From NCBI GenBank assembly GCA_965649825.1, contig OZ287707.1, forward strand, positions 124,001-188,000: a stretch of DNA of 64,000 nucleotides. Direction: 5' to 3'. The position numbers were made by a program, and so were the translations under genes. The first letter of the stretch is position 1. Each line of letters opens with the position of its first letter. Origin of the DNA: Penicillus capitatus (taxonomy: Eukaryota > Plantae > Chlorophyta). Below, one piece after another: positions 14,048-25,444 of this stretch. Under the pieces are notes generated by a model. It was not told the DNA's origin. It made no database searches and worked only from the letters and a program-made list of their open reading frames with translations.

Positions 14048-15073
14048 ATGAGTATTATCGATGCTTCAAAGGGACGTCTACGGAGGGAAGGCTCAACTAC
14101 TATCGCAGGAATAAGTGTCTTTCCAGATGACAATACCAGCTGTCCTCTCAAGACAGAGAGGGTCGCCACTCAGCCAAAAAGTGCAATACCAGCCAGTATC
14201 GAAGGCATAGACGAACGTGTGGTCTGTCTGCGCTGACAGGAAGTTGTTATGGAATGCGCACAGTCTTGTTCATCTTCCTGCTCTCTGGCATACTCACAGC
14301 ACTTCTCTTTTTTGATAAGAGCAAGCTACAGAGCATCGCTATGTCTCTGGAAGAGAATCAGAATGGACTGGGGATGCCAATATTCTTTGGACTGATTGTC
14401 GTTGCAGTCATGTGCTTTGTACCCGGGCCCATTATGGCCACCTTCGCTGGAGCATTGTACGGATGTGTGCTCGGGTCTTTACTCGTCTGGTCGGCAGGTG
14501 AACACAACAGAGTTTCTCACTCTTTCTAATCACACTTTCGTGTTTTCGAAGGGACGCTGAGTCAAAGCTTAACATTTGTACTGGGCAAATATCTTCTGAG
14601 AGATGCCTTGGTCGCGTTTGTGTCAAAGCGGTATAAGTCGTTTCAGACCATCGATGCAGCTATTGCCCAACAAGGTATGTGTGTTCTCACGCATTCTTCA
14701 TGTGTCTCACACACGTCACATCATGAATGGATGCACAGGATGGAAAATCATTCTATTGCTGCGTTTGTCTCCCGTTCTTCCTGACAGTGTGCTGAACTAT
14801 GTGCTGGCAGCGACCTCGATTTCTTATGTCTCTTATGCCATTTCATCATCTGTTGCCATTCTGCCATGGACCATCGTGTATGCCTATCTGGGATCTGTTG
14901 CGACAGATGTCTCTGCAGCAGCCAGTGGCAACGGAGGCGTTCATTGGGGATGGTTGACTGCACTGACGATCCTCTCTCTGATCTTGCTCGTGGTTTTTGG
15001 ATACTTTGTTACCCGAGCTGTTAAACGCACGCTGACGGAGGTGTTGGATGACAAATCGAAGAGCGTTGCTTAA
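14048..15073 (+). CDS. SNARE-associated Golgi protein (TVP38/TMEM64, VTT domain), 4 exons
   Basis: FVPGPIMATFAGALYG and GWKIILLLRLSPVLPDSVLNY, with several TM segments. Introns 14217-14263, about 14498-14550 and about 14675-14719. Confidence 0.85.
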
Positions 15074-15289
15074 AATTGTAAATAATAGATGAACCGAAAT
15101 CTAGGCTTCATAGACAGTAACCACAACACCGATCTGTGCTTAAATAGCATGTCACCGCCGTCTTGATACTCTAGATACCCGGCGAGACAATAGGTAACAA
15201 GAAGCGACCGTAGACGGTCTGGCGCTGACGCGCCTGGGCCGGTGCTTAGAGGTCAGCGGCGATTTCCAAGGCTCGCGGCATCAAAGTGA

Positions 15290-16600
15290 CGCTATCGAGC
15301 ACAGCCCTTAGCCCCTCTCGGTCATTTGAAGAGAGCAAAGGAAAAATAGCGGCATTAAATGAACTGGTATCTTATGCCAGACAGAATGGTTTCCAAACGT
15401 TGATTCTCATTTAGATCCAAACAATTCCGGTATTGTGCTAAGTAAGAGACGTCATCAGTATTGAACCCACAGTCCTCGGCAAAACATTGGCGTTCTTAAT
15501 TCCAATCTTGGTACCAGATCGCAAAGAAACCCGTGGCCTGCATTCAAGTCCCCATGATCAGTCCTCGTGCGAACTCTCCATCCAATCGTACCAGACTTTC
15601 ATCCATCTAAAAACTGCTTCGATCACAAAGAACAGCTATTAGCATTTTTGCTGCACAAGGCGCCGAGAAAGAAGCTCGAAAACGGAATACCAGATGTGTT
15701 GTCTTGCACCCCATACAGCGTGCTCAAAAAGATCAATAGAGATAGCATGGAGCTGTCGCATGTTCGTTTTCTCATTCTGAATAAATCAGATCGTCTGTTC
15801 TCAAAAGAGACAGATCTGGAAAAGATCTCGCAAACATGAAGCACTATGTGGCCCAATTAGATTTGATAGTGACAGCTTGTCCAAGAAAGGAGTCGGTGAA
15901 AGCCATGCTTTCAGCCACCTATCCACCCAACGTGTCCGACATTGCGAACAATGTTGTAGTCAATCCAATTCGTGTTGCTGTCGGCAAGAAAGACGTCGCC
16001 GTGTCAACTGTGAGACAGCATTTGGTGTATACTGGCTGTGAAGGAGGGAAAGTCTTTGCCATTTCGGTAGATCTTTGCAGAAGGCATCTCGCCGTCCGTT
16101 TTCATCTTTATCGACACAAAGAGTCGTGCAAGTGCTCTACTGTCCGAACTGAGATAGGCGGAATCTGTGCAGAATGCACCATTCAGAAATAGAGATCCGT
16201 CAAAGAAATCGGATTCTGCAACGGTTTCGGGATGGCGCAGTTTGGATTCTGATTGCGACTGATCTCGTTTCAAGAGGAATCGGACTTTGTGGGAGTGCAC
16301 AAGGTCATCAACTGTGATTTTCCAAAGTCGACGACAGACGACATTCGCAGAATTGGCAGAACTGGCCGGGCTGGGAATCCTGGTTTCGTTAGTCCTCATC
16401 AATGACCTCTTTGGGCCATCCTTCTTGAATCTAGGTGTGAGCCATAAGTTCTTTGCAGACAGTGACGAAGGGTTGCGTCCGACCCATCGACAACTTCATC
16501 AAGGATTCAGTGGCGCATGCGTCACAAAATATAGGAAGTGAGGATGACTAATGTCAAGTGAAGCAGACGGCATCCAAACGCACTTCTCTGGACTCGAACC
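15290..16600 (+). pseudogene. Decayed DEAD-box helicase (DDX52/ROK1-like)
   Basis: Degenerate Q motif and motif I (GFQTLILI*IQTIP..PTVLGKTLAFLIPIL), motif II NKSD in place of [34 protein letters not shown] and RIGRTGRAG. Several stops and frameshifts. Confidence 0.85.
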
Positions 16601-16760
16601 ATCACTGCATTCCATCTGCATAGTTTGATGCTGACGTGTCATTTTGTTCGATCTGCTGTAGTACAGCAAGTTCTACTACGAATTTGATCAACACGTGCCA
16701 TCGCAACCTACCACATGGGTTAAAAGTCGGCGTTGTTTCCATCTCTCCGTGTCAGTCGCG

Positions 16761-17134
16761 ATGTCTTCTGGTCTTATTCGCATTTTAGCCCTCTGTGCCC
16801 TTGTTGTTCTTTTGTCTCCAGTTAGCGCTGCGAGAGACAAAACCATGAAACTCGCCAACGATGACGGAACAGGATACAAGGCGAGCTGTTCTCTGTCGGC
16901 ACATCCGCTGACGATCTTTGCAGGAAATAGCGCGTCAACTTCTCTACACGACTGACAAGGTTATAAATTGCGTCGAAGAAGTAAGTCGCTCAGTCTATTT
17001 CTCGCGTACGGAACGCGATGCTGTGTCGATGTACACAGTATGGCGAGTGCCAAACGCAGTGGGATTGTTGCGATTCCCATCACAGCACATGTACGTTCTA
17101 CGACGATGCTTACAGGTGCAGACTCTATCCTTAG
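16761..17134 (+). CDS. Secreted cystine-knot (ICK/knottin-like) prepropeptide, 90 aa, 3 exons (16761-16880, 16924-16980, 17039-17134)
   Basis: Spliced product: MSSGLIRILALCALVVLLSPVSAARDKTMKLANDDGTGYKEIARQLLYTTDKVINCVEEYGECQTQWDCCDSHHSTCTFYDDAYRCRLYP*. Signal peptide, Cys spacing C-x6-C-x5-CC-x6-C-x8-C, two phase-0 introns (GC-AG 43 nt with a CTGAC branch site; GT-AG 58 nt). Confidence 0.75.
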
Positions 17135-17549
17135 AAGCGGACTTTTTCGAACCCTGCCAAGCGTCTGTCCTTTTTTGCAAACTTCACTACGCTTGTGCTT
17201 TGGGCATGCTTTTTCCTTTGCGTTACAGCAGTTGTTGTCTGTCAAATTGCAAAACGAACTCTGATCTCAAGCAGTCGTTACCGAGGATGCGATTATTCTT
17301 TGCTGTCTCAGCAGTATCGTACACATGTCAAACGCATCGCGTAACGACTTTCTAAAATGCGGCATCGAAACTGTCGCCGGTCGGTCGAGCAGAAAACGAA
17401 ACACAGCGGAAGACTTCTTACAACTGTTGGAGCAAGGTCCTGAGTGATCAGAATGCGTCGTTTTAGTATGTCCGTAGTGACGCGACATGTCTAGGCAGTT
17501 GAGTCATCCTAGCGCCAAAGCCAGAGAAGAGGGCCTCGGATGACTCAAC

Positions 17550-19764
17550 TAGCACCCACTGAACTGTGAACCCCTTAACAACGAGGCAGTGTCACTTCGC
17601 TCGGCGACAGAAACGTTGTTCAAGTGGCGGAATCATCTCGACTTAAGCAAGCATCTTCGCTCTCGTACAAATCCTTCGGCCATCAACATATTCTCCATGA
17701 CGAGCTGCCTGTCCGTAACCATCACAGTGATCGGGTAACAGCGCTTTCAACGATTTCGGCAGCTCGGCTCGGCCGATGTATGCAGGATTCATGGCAATAA
17801 AGCAGAGGTGCCCTCTTCCAGCGGCATCTCGATGCCATCTGCGGCAACGAAGCTCCATTTCGCTGAGTCGGATGCTTCTACCTTTCTTTGTCGATGTACT
17901 CGAGACCTCTTCCCGGCGGCAACGACTTGCGTTTCTGTACATAGGTGACGCACTTGTATTGTTTGGCACACACAGACGACATCACTTCCGGCACCAATCG
18001 ATTGAACTCGTCGAAACATCCCCAGGATCCAGAAGCAGGCAGACCCTTGAAGATATTTCTCATTGTCCGATTGTCCATTTGGGCCCACAGTTGAACACAG
18101 AGACCGATTTGTTCAGCTGTGCTGACAGATCTCTTTGCTTGCAGGTCCAGCAGGGGTCGTTCCGAGACAGAGCCAGTACGCTTGCGTGGCTGTGATGTAG
18201 ATCCGATCCGTCAGAGGTGTGATGACGAGACGAGCCCCGTTTCCGAGATACTCGTATCCGTAAGGAAAGGAAGCATCACAAGATTTTGATCTGGCAGTCG
18301 CCGATGGAACTGCCCCAATACGAGCGCATCTGACAGATTCACTGAAAACAGTCCACATTGTCTGCTCCTGCCTCCAGCACTCCTTGAACCATATCCCTCG
18401 AATGGGCATCGATGGTGTTCATATTCATAACCAGAGGACGACGTACGATCGAAGAAAAATCTTCCGCCGAGCACCCACCTTTTGCCGATCGACTTTTGAG
18501 AGTTCCGTCCGTGTGACTTTGATAAGACGCGTGAGTTGCTGAAGCTGAAAGTCGTTGTAGCGTTCTATGGCATCTTTCTTCCTCTTTGCATGACTTGAAA
18601 GGCCTTCTCGACCTCTTGGACCCAGAAGATCTGACTGACGACCAGAATGATCTGAGAAGGCCAGTTAAAGAGCCATTCATCTCGAGGCTTTGCTGAACAG
18701 GCCTCTAACGATTGTTTCAGCGCGAGGCGCAATTCTTCCGCATCTTCTGGACGATGTCGTTCATGTACTCTTCCACTTTGTTCTGCAAAGCGAGTACCGA
18801 TTTCCATGCAACGTATTCGGTGCCGATATAGGACACCATTCCCAAACCACTCGGACATCCATCCGTCAAATCTTGTCGAGCTTGAGCTTTTCTATCGCCT
18901 GAAAGCACTTGGACATGTGTGACTCATGATCTGAAGCAGCCCGCCAGTCGAGTCTTGTGAAAGAACTAATCGCCGTGTGCTAATTTTAACAGGACTGTTG
19001 CCATTGGCCAGAATGCCGAGGAGATCTGCTGTCGAGATGATGTAGAATCACGGGAAGATGCGCGATTTGCTTTCCATAAATTAGCCAATGCTTTCTTGTA
19101 GATCTCCAGCAGTGTCTGCTGTTTTTCGAAATATGACATCAAGCCGTCCTTATTGCAGCAGACCACACAGTTCTTAACACCTTTGAAACTTTCCAAAACA
19201 TGTTCTCGTTCCATTGCAGACTACCAGAACAGGACCTTACCAAAACGCTTACCTGTTTCACGTCCTTGTCAATCAGAGCGAACTGCGCCGCCGCTTCGGG
19301 AATGTGAACGTCGGCCAGACAGCCGAGTCCGGATCGGATGCCGAACAGCACAGGGAAACTCTGTCCGCAATGTATAATTACATACTTAGACGGGTACAAC
19401 AGAACAGTTCCCGTGTAAATACTCAGAATGACGTCAGTCCTCTCTTATGCCATCTTCGTGCATGATGAGCCTCTCGCGCAACGCACGTCACAACTGCCTC
19501 GAACACGCGTGCACTTTGGCGCCGCCAGCTTTTTATCTTGAATCGTTAGCATTCAATGATGCGAGAAAAATGTCGACACACAATGCACAACCCGCACCTA
19601 TTTTCCCCCATCCAGACGTCCTCGTGATGTAGCGGAAAAGCACACTCGACTTTGCCGAAAGGGTCGGGTTTAATTTTGACGGGGAGTTGGAGCATTACGT
19701 CGTTCACTCCCGTGGCAGCGCGTGCCTGAGAGAGCGACGTAATCCTTACGGCAGGGACCTTCAC
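17550..19764 (-). pseudogene. Decayed fragment of an outer-arm dynein alpha heavy chain (ODA11/DHC13-like)
   Basis: [83 protein letters not shown] and MENMLMAEGF. The AAA1 P-loop is destroyed ([11 protein letters not shown]). Many frameshifts. At least one intron remnant is retained. Confidence 0.88.
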
Positions 19765-19912
19765 TTACACCCCACGCCCGATGGCAGTCGATGTGACTTG
19801 GGAAGTTAAATCATCGGAAGTCGATACACGACGCGACAATGAGCGAGTCGACTGTGATATACCGCAGCCGTTAAGGTAAATACGACGGCCGTAAAAATCC
19901 TCTGTGGGCGGA

Positions 19913-20120
19913 GTGACGGGGATTCAACAGACTCTGGCGTGCCGCGAACGCGCCGACGCGTATGCGGAAGCGGAGGAACTGTATCGAGTCGAAGCTAAGA
20001 CTGATTACATGGCGCATACAATCGGTTAAGTACCCCTGGCACCCGCGGACCGCTGTCCCATCAGGAAGCGGACAGCCTGTCCGGTCCGCGGGGCCGCAAC
20101 CGTTGTCGCGTACCCGTCAC
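19913..20120. other. Unidentified highly base-paired element (candidate structured ncRNA or MITE)
   Basis: Terminal inverted repeat GTGACGGG (19913-19920) / CCCGTCAC (20113-20120), both flanked by GGA. Nested stems GTGCC/GGCAC and GTATGCG/CGCATAC, and a 10+7 bp hairpin at 20042-20092. A5 at about 19893-19897 (T5 on the minus strand). Confidence 0.4.
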
Positions 20121-20599
20121 GGAGCAACAATCTCATCTTATCCTTCGTTAAGACCCGTAGTCGCGACCATAACATGACAAAACAAGCTGCGCTGCCTGGC
20201 GACATGACAACACACCGAGTCACGTAACGCAGTACAATACCGTTGCGGCCCGTTGCGGCAGTGCGACGGATCTGTGCCACGTCTCGACGTGACAGTACCT
20301 GCGCGTCGCGTCGCCCGGCAGACAAAACGTAACACCGTTCGGCCGTAGACGTCGCGTGAAACGTCGTTGGTTTACTGGTTGAAATATGGGCGTCAACTTG
20401 TGAACGTAGACTCGGAACCAGAAACAGTCGCTATACAAAATGAGCAGTTGTGAAAAACTCTGCCATTCGAATCCGCATCTACGACGCTTCCCTGATCTTA
20501 TTTTTCAAGATTTGAACTCTTATCAAATAACTAGTGCCTGCACATTGTCATCCATCCCATGAACCTGATAACCGACGACTGGACGACAAAATGTGTCAC

Positions 20600-20965
20600 A
20601 GTTTTCCACGTCGGTCTAACTGTGCGGGGAAGAAAAAGAAGTTATGATCGGCATATAGCCGTTAATTCGTTGGTTATTTGAGGTTCGGCGAGTTTGGGGA
20701 AGGATTTCTGATTGATGATAGATAGAAGTTAGAAAGGGATATGGTGTCGTTCTAACAAGCTGTGTCCCATGGATGTGGAATAGTTGTAGTCTCATTCTTG
20801 ATGATGATAGAGATGTTTGACATGAGGTTCGCTCTAGGAATGTGTCCCGGCTCGAGGAGGAGAAATGATAGCGCAGAATTGATGAGGAGTTCAATTTGCA
20901 GATGAGATCCAAAAGGACGCAAGTCCGACGAAAGTGCAGTACTGTTCAGTCGCATTCTTGGTGAC
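20600..20965 (-). mobile_element. Decayed Ty3/gypsy pol remnant (post-RT connection region)
   Basis: Minus-strand pieces KNATE..TFVGLASFW, PWDTAC* and SFPKLAEP resemble PxNxTEVRxFxGLAxFY, WxxxCQxAF and SxPxLAxP. Broken by stops and frameshifts. Confidence 0.45.
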
Positions 20966-21203
20966 ACCATTGACACCGAATAATTCTATTAATTGGGACA
21001 CGGTTGTTACGGACACAAACGAAGGGCTCTTACAGATGCATCATGGCCTGTCTTAAGCAAACCAACTTCATGGCTTAACAACCAAACATACACCCGTTAT
21101 GTTTTGAATCGGACACAAAGAGAGGTCGAAAGAGAAGGTAGATCCTTCTCGACATGTAACGCAATGAAAACAAAATGGTTGATTAATTATTAAAGCTAGA
21201 GAA

Positions 21204-24200
21204 CTACTTACGGAGCATAAAAGGTGTAATAAATCGCAACAGTCCTCGAGCTTTTTTCCTTCGTGGTTGTTTTGAACGAGTTGTCCCTTCCTTTGTACCG
21301 AGGTAGTCCAACAATTTGGGGAACTTCCTTCCAAACTCTTGTCTCAAATGTGCAACATATCGTTCGAGGTCTATTCTGTCCCACTTTCCAATTTCTTGAG
21401 GAAAGGTTGTATGCACGAGAAAGGCGGCCCTTTCATTTCTTGTGAGAGGTTCTACCGTAAAGGCTTTCAATACAAAGAGGAGCAAAAGACCGCCTTCGTA
21501 CGCAGAGCGAGATGCAATTGTTTTAAGAATTATCTTATCTGGTTTTATGCTGTTTAGTGTCCTTTTTGCTGCCTCGCACACGTCGGAATTTTCGTCTGAG
21601 CACCCTCTTTCTAGCATCGGCAACAAGTCGCTGGCGTTTTGCGGCATTATCTCTATGATGCTCCCAATGGTCTTCATTGCTTTTTGACGCACGTAAATAT
21701 CTATGTTGGTGCATCGACTCCACATCATCATCGACATGTCGTAGAATTCGTGTGGCTGCAAGGCAAGGAATCTCCCGATAGCTTTCGCTTTCCAGTGCAG
21801 ATTGGAGTTTTCGTAGCTCCAGTCTCTCTCCAGCATTGACAGCAAATAGTTCATTTTGTCTAACGCTTTACTTGGAACAGATGTTACCTTCCTTTTCATG
21901 TCTCCCTCTATTGCGCGGCACCAACCTCTGTCTGTGTTCGTTAATTGCAAACGCCACTGATCGATATCGTTCCTGTGTTTTGGGGAACGCTCCGCAAGTT
22001 TCAGTACATCCCGGATTTTGGCTTTTTCTCCATTCTTTAAGTCTCTTTCACTTGCAAGGAGTTGCCTTGTTTCTTCGACTATATCCCCGAATACTTTGGG
22101 ATATTGTTCCAAAACATTGCAACAGAGTGCAAACTTCTCAACTAGGATTTGGCGAACCGGAGCATTGTCAATAGTTATAACCGAGAGTTTTTGAGCACTT
22201 TCTGTCAGTTTTAGTGCTTCTTCATCCTTCAAGAGTGCACCCAAATCGTTTTCGTACGCCTCCTCCAAACATGCTTCGAGAACTCGCATTCTCAAAAAAA
22301 GGTGTTGTATCCCAAGAATCTCGACAGGTTGTTCATCAAGTATAGAAAGCATCTCGTCCAAGGCATCTTTTCCACACGCTTCTGCAAATGCGTGCATAAC
22401 GAAAAATAATGTCAACTCACACGTTTCAGTGTATTTGATTCTTCGAAAAAACCTTTCTACTCTTATTTTTTCGGATGACGTTTCTTTTTTTAGCAAGTAT
22501 CTTGCAATGTATCTTCCGGCAAAGAACTCCTGAAAAGTCTTGTGTGAGAATTGATACTCGTCTTCTTCCAAGGCACGCAAAAGGAAACCACTATTCTTCA
22601 TGATCTTCAAGCTGTCCTTTAGTGTTGTGCAACTTATAACAATCGTTTCTTCGATTAGTGTTTGTCCAGTCCGAAGAGCTTCGAAAGCGATTTCTTCTAA
22701 ATCGTTGAAGAAGGTAACCTTGTTTATGACCGTTGTTTGAAGTTGAGGTTTATCTTCGAATCTCTTCCAAACGCAATTTGCCATGTCGTTGTAAATCCGG
22801 AACATGTTCGTCTTTTTCCGCAAACCTTCGACGGTGGTCTTCTTTTGTTTTGACATAGTGCAAAGGATGTGCGCTAGCACTGGAACATGCACCATCTCCC
22901 ACATTGCCTGATTCTCAACCAAAGATTTTAGTATCTTCGAAGCTTCATCTTCATCCAATTCTTTTCTTATGAAATTTCTTAATTGTTCGTCGTCAAACCC
23001 GAGACACTCGAACTGGATGTCTACCCTTTCTTGCATTCGTCGTAGATTGTACGGTCGTGTCAAAATCAGCAGTCTGCACGAACGCCTCTCGGCATCGAAA
23101 ATGAGCTCCCTTGCATCGTCATCGGCTTCGTCTAATCCGTCGAATATCAACAATGTACTCGACATGTGGAGATCGTCGTTGACTTGAGCCTTCAACTCTT
23201 CGAATTCGACATCGCTTCCCTTTTGCGTGAAACACGTGTGCGCGACCACTTCTTCAAGTGCCTCTCCCCGCACCCCTTTGGCTCTTGCAATATTTAGACG
23301 TCTTATCGGAACCACGTAGATTGCTTCAAAATCTTGCAGTATTTCTCCTGATGCCCATTTGTAGGCAATGGATTTGCCGATGCACGTCTTTCCCGTTCCG
23401 GGATTTCCGTAGAGAAGCACTCTTTGGATGTCGCTCTTAACGACACCCGCTTCCAAAGATCTTGGTTTAAACAAGTCTTCTATCGAAACCGGAGTTGCGA
23501 CCTTTTTTTGTTCACAGTATTCCTTTGGATTATCTCTTTTTTGAGTTGTGGAACTTTCCCCTTCTATTTCGTCTCCGTCTCCTTTATAATGTTCTTCTCT
23601 TCTTTCAATTTTTCTTGCCTCGATGATTTCTGCATACACGACAACATGGAATTCCATATCCTTCACGTGCCTATCGACATCTGATTCAAATAAGGAAGGC
23701 ACCTTCGACGGAGACACGATTTATATTTAATCGAAACAACATGACAGGCACTAACCGCAGCAAAGTTGTTCAGGTATGTTCTCTTAAGGTCTTCGATGTT
23801 GGAAGGAATAATGGACGGGCGCAGAAGTTGGATATCTGCACTTATCTTGGTGAACATATCTTCATGCTCTTCGTTCATAACTTCTTGTCGTTGCATTCGA
23901 AGCTTCTCTTCCAAAGTATTTCCATCCAGCCAAGCTGTAAACGTCCGTTTGGCACGTTCGTCGCATGATCGTTGTATCTTCCGGATAGCTTCGGCTATTT
24001 CTTGGTTTTGTTCGCACAACGAGTGGACCATGTGCAACGCGTCTAAGATCTCGATAAGGATGTCCGCATCGCGAATCCAGTTATCCGAAATTGCTTGATT
24101 TGTTGTTAGTTCGAGCAACTTCGTCGTTGCCTCTTTGCGGCCATCTTGACTGGAGTCCTTTTCTTGCGCCAATAGCCTCATTTCGTGGATAATTCCACAT

Positions 24201-25264
24201 CTTAGAGCCTTTTGCTCATTCTTTCTTATCGCCTTGTGTTGTCCTTCCATCGCCGTGTCGTACGCTAATACAAGAAGTTCGCACTTCTGCTCTTCCTTAT
24301 GCGCACGAAGCCTTGCCGCTGTTAAAATCTGAAGTATGTCATACCACTCCCGCTCCAATACTCCCGCATTGGCAATCGCTGCTCGACCTTTTCTATATGC
24401 GTCTTCGATTGATGTGCAATCGATATCACAGCGAGCAAGTTTTCCAAAAATGAGGATGGCATGCATTCCAAGATAGAGTCCAAATGTGAGGCATCTTCCC
24501 ACTCGTGTTAGGATAGATGGAGCGTTTCTGGTTTCCAAGCGCTCGACTGCTTGTTGAATAAGCTCAAAGTGGAAGGAGACAGGATAATACATGCTAGAAC
24601 GTTCCATCTCTTCTTTTTTCTTGGCGATTTCTCTACGAAACTCTTTCTTTTCTTCCTCAAGTAGATGTCCACGACCAATGCTTTGCAAGAGAAACAAAAC
24701 CTGATGGATGCAGAGGAAGTTTGCTTCGTATTTGAGAAAGTTTTGTTTTGTTAGCCTGGGTTTAGAGGACAGGCTGAGCAAGAGGTCTAAACCCAGATCC
24801 GTCAATTGAGCAGTGTCATTATAGACGGCAGAATCCGTCCAGGTGAGTGCACTGAACAGAGCTTTAGCGACGTCCTCGTTGAGAAATTCCCCAGGACGAA
24901 TCAAGGAACTGAGGTCATACACCAGTTTTCTCAGGACGTCCGCATCTTGTTCAAAAACAGGGACGACTTTGGCTAATTCTGCATACTCAAGGACGAACTC
25001 CGGTTTGAGGCATTCATCACTTTTTCTGACATATTTCCTCAACCACCCAAGAAGAGTGTTTCGTTCGTTCCTATCCCTCGTGGCGTTGTATGCTGCAACA
25101 AGCGAGGTGGTGCTGACGATGTCATGCTTCTTTGCGAGACCGCGCAGAAACTTTGATGCATCTCTTTCTTGAAAGTTGGAATCTTGTAGGCGGGATCTGC
25201 CGCCACTTCCCGACGCGGACGGTCCTCCGGCGGACGGTCCTTCGTCCGAAGCTCGAGTCTGCAT
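21204..25264 (-). CDS. NLR-like protein A: helical N-terminal domain + NACHT + about 3 HEAT repeats + C-cap; 2 coding exons (intron 23703-23755), about 1335 aa
   Basis: Walker A LLYGNPGTGKT, Walker B LLIFDGLDE, winged-helix motif YQFSHKTFQEFFAG. A phase-0 GT-AG intron joins ORFs 23663-25264 and 21204-23717 in frame. Clear paralog of B and C. Confidence 0.88.
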
Positions 25265-25444
25265 TGTTGACCGTAACCTGCGTATCGTGGAATCGTCATT
25301 TTCAGTTACACCAAACGTGCAGATTCACTCACCGGTGCACAGAGTTCACGAATGGGAAGGCGAGTTAAGCATCTCGTTAGCACTGAATGCAAATGGCAGC
25401 GGATGATGTGACGCATCCTGCCATAAAGGCTCTCATTCTGGTTA

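Noticed and set aside
15290-16600. Non-standard code (TAA/TAG = Gln, as in some Ulvophyceae) rescuing the helicase
   Set aside because: Intact genes end in TAG or TAA (NLE1, GR, gene C) and their long exons contain none in frame. The helicase also has frameshifts and motif damage.
19890-20130. Telomerase RNA, RNase MRP/P, U3 or SRP identity for the structured element
   Set aside because: No CTAA(A)CCCT template, no CR-I/CR-V pair, no U3 boxes A/B/C/D and no SRP helix-8 motif.
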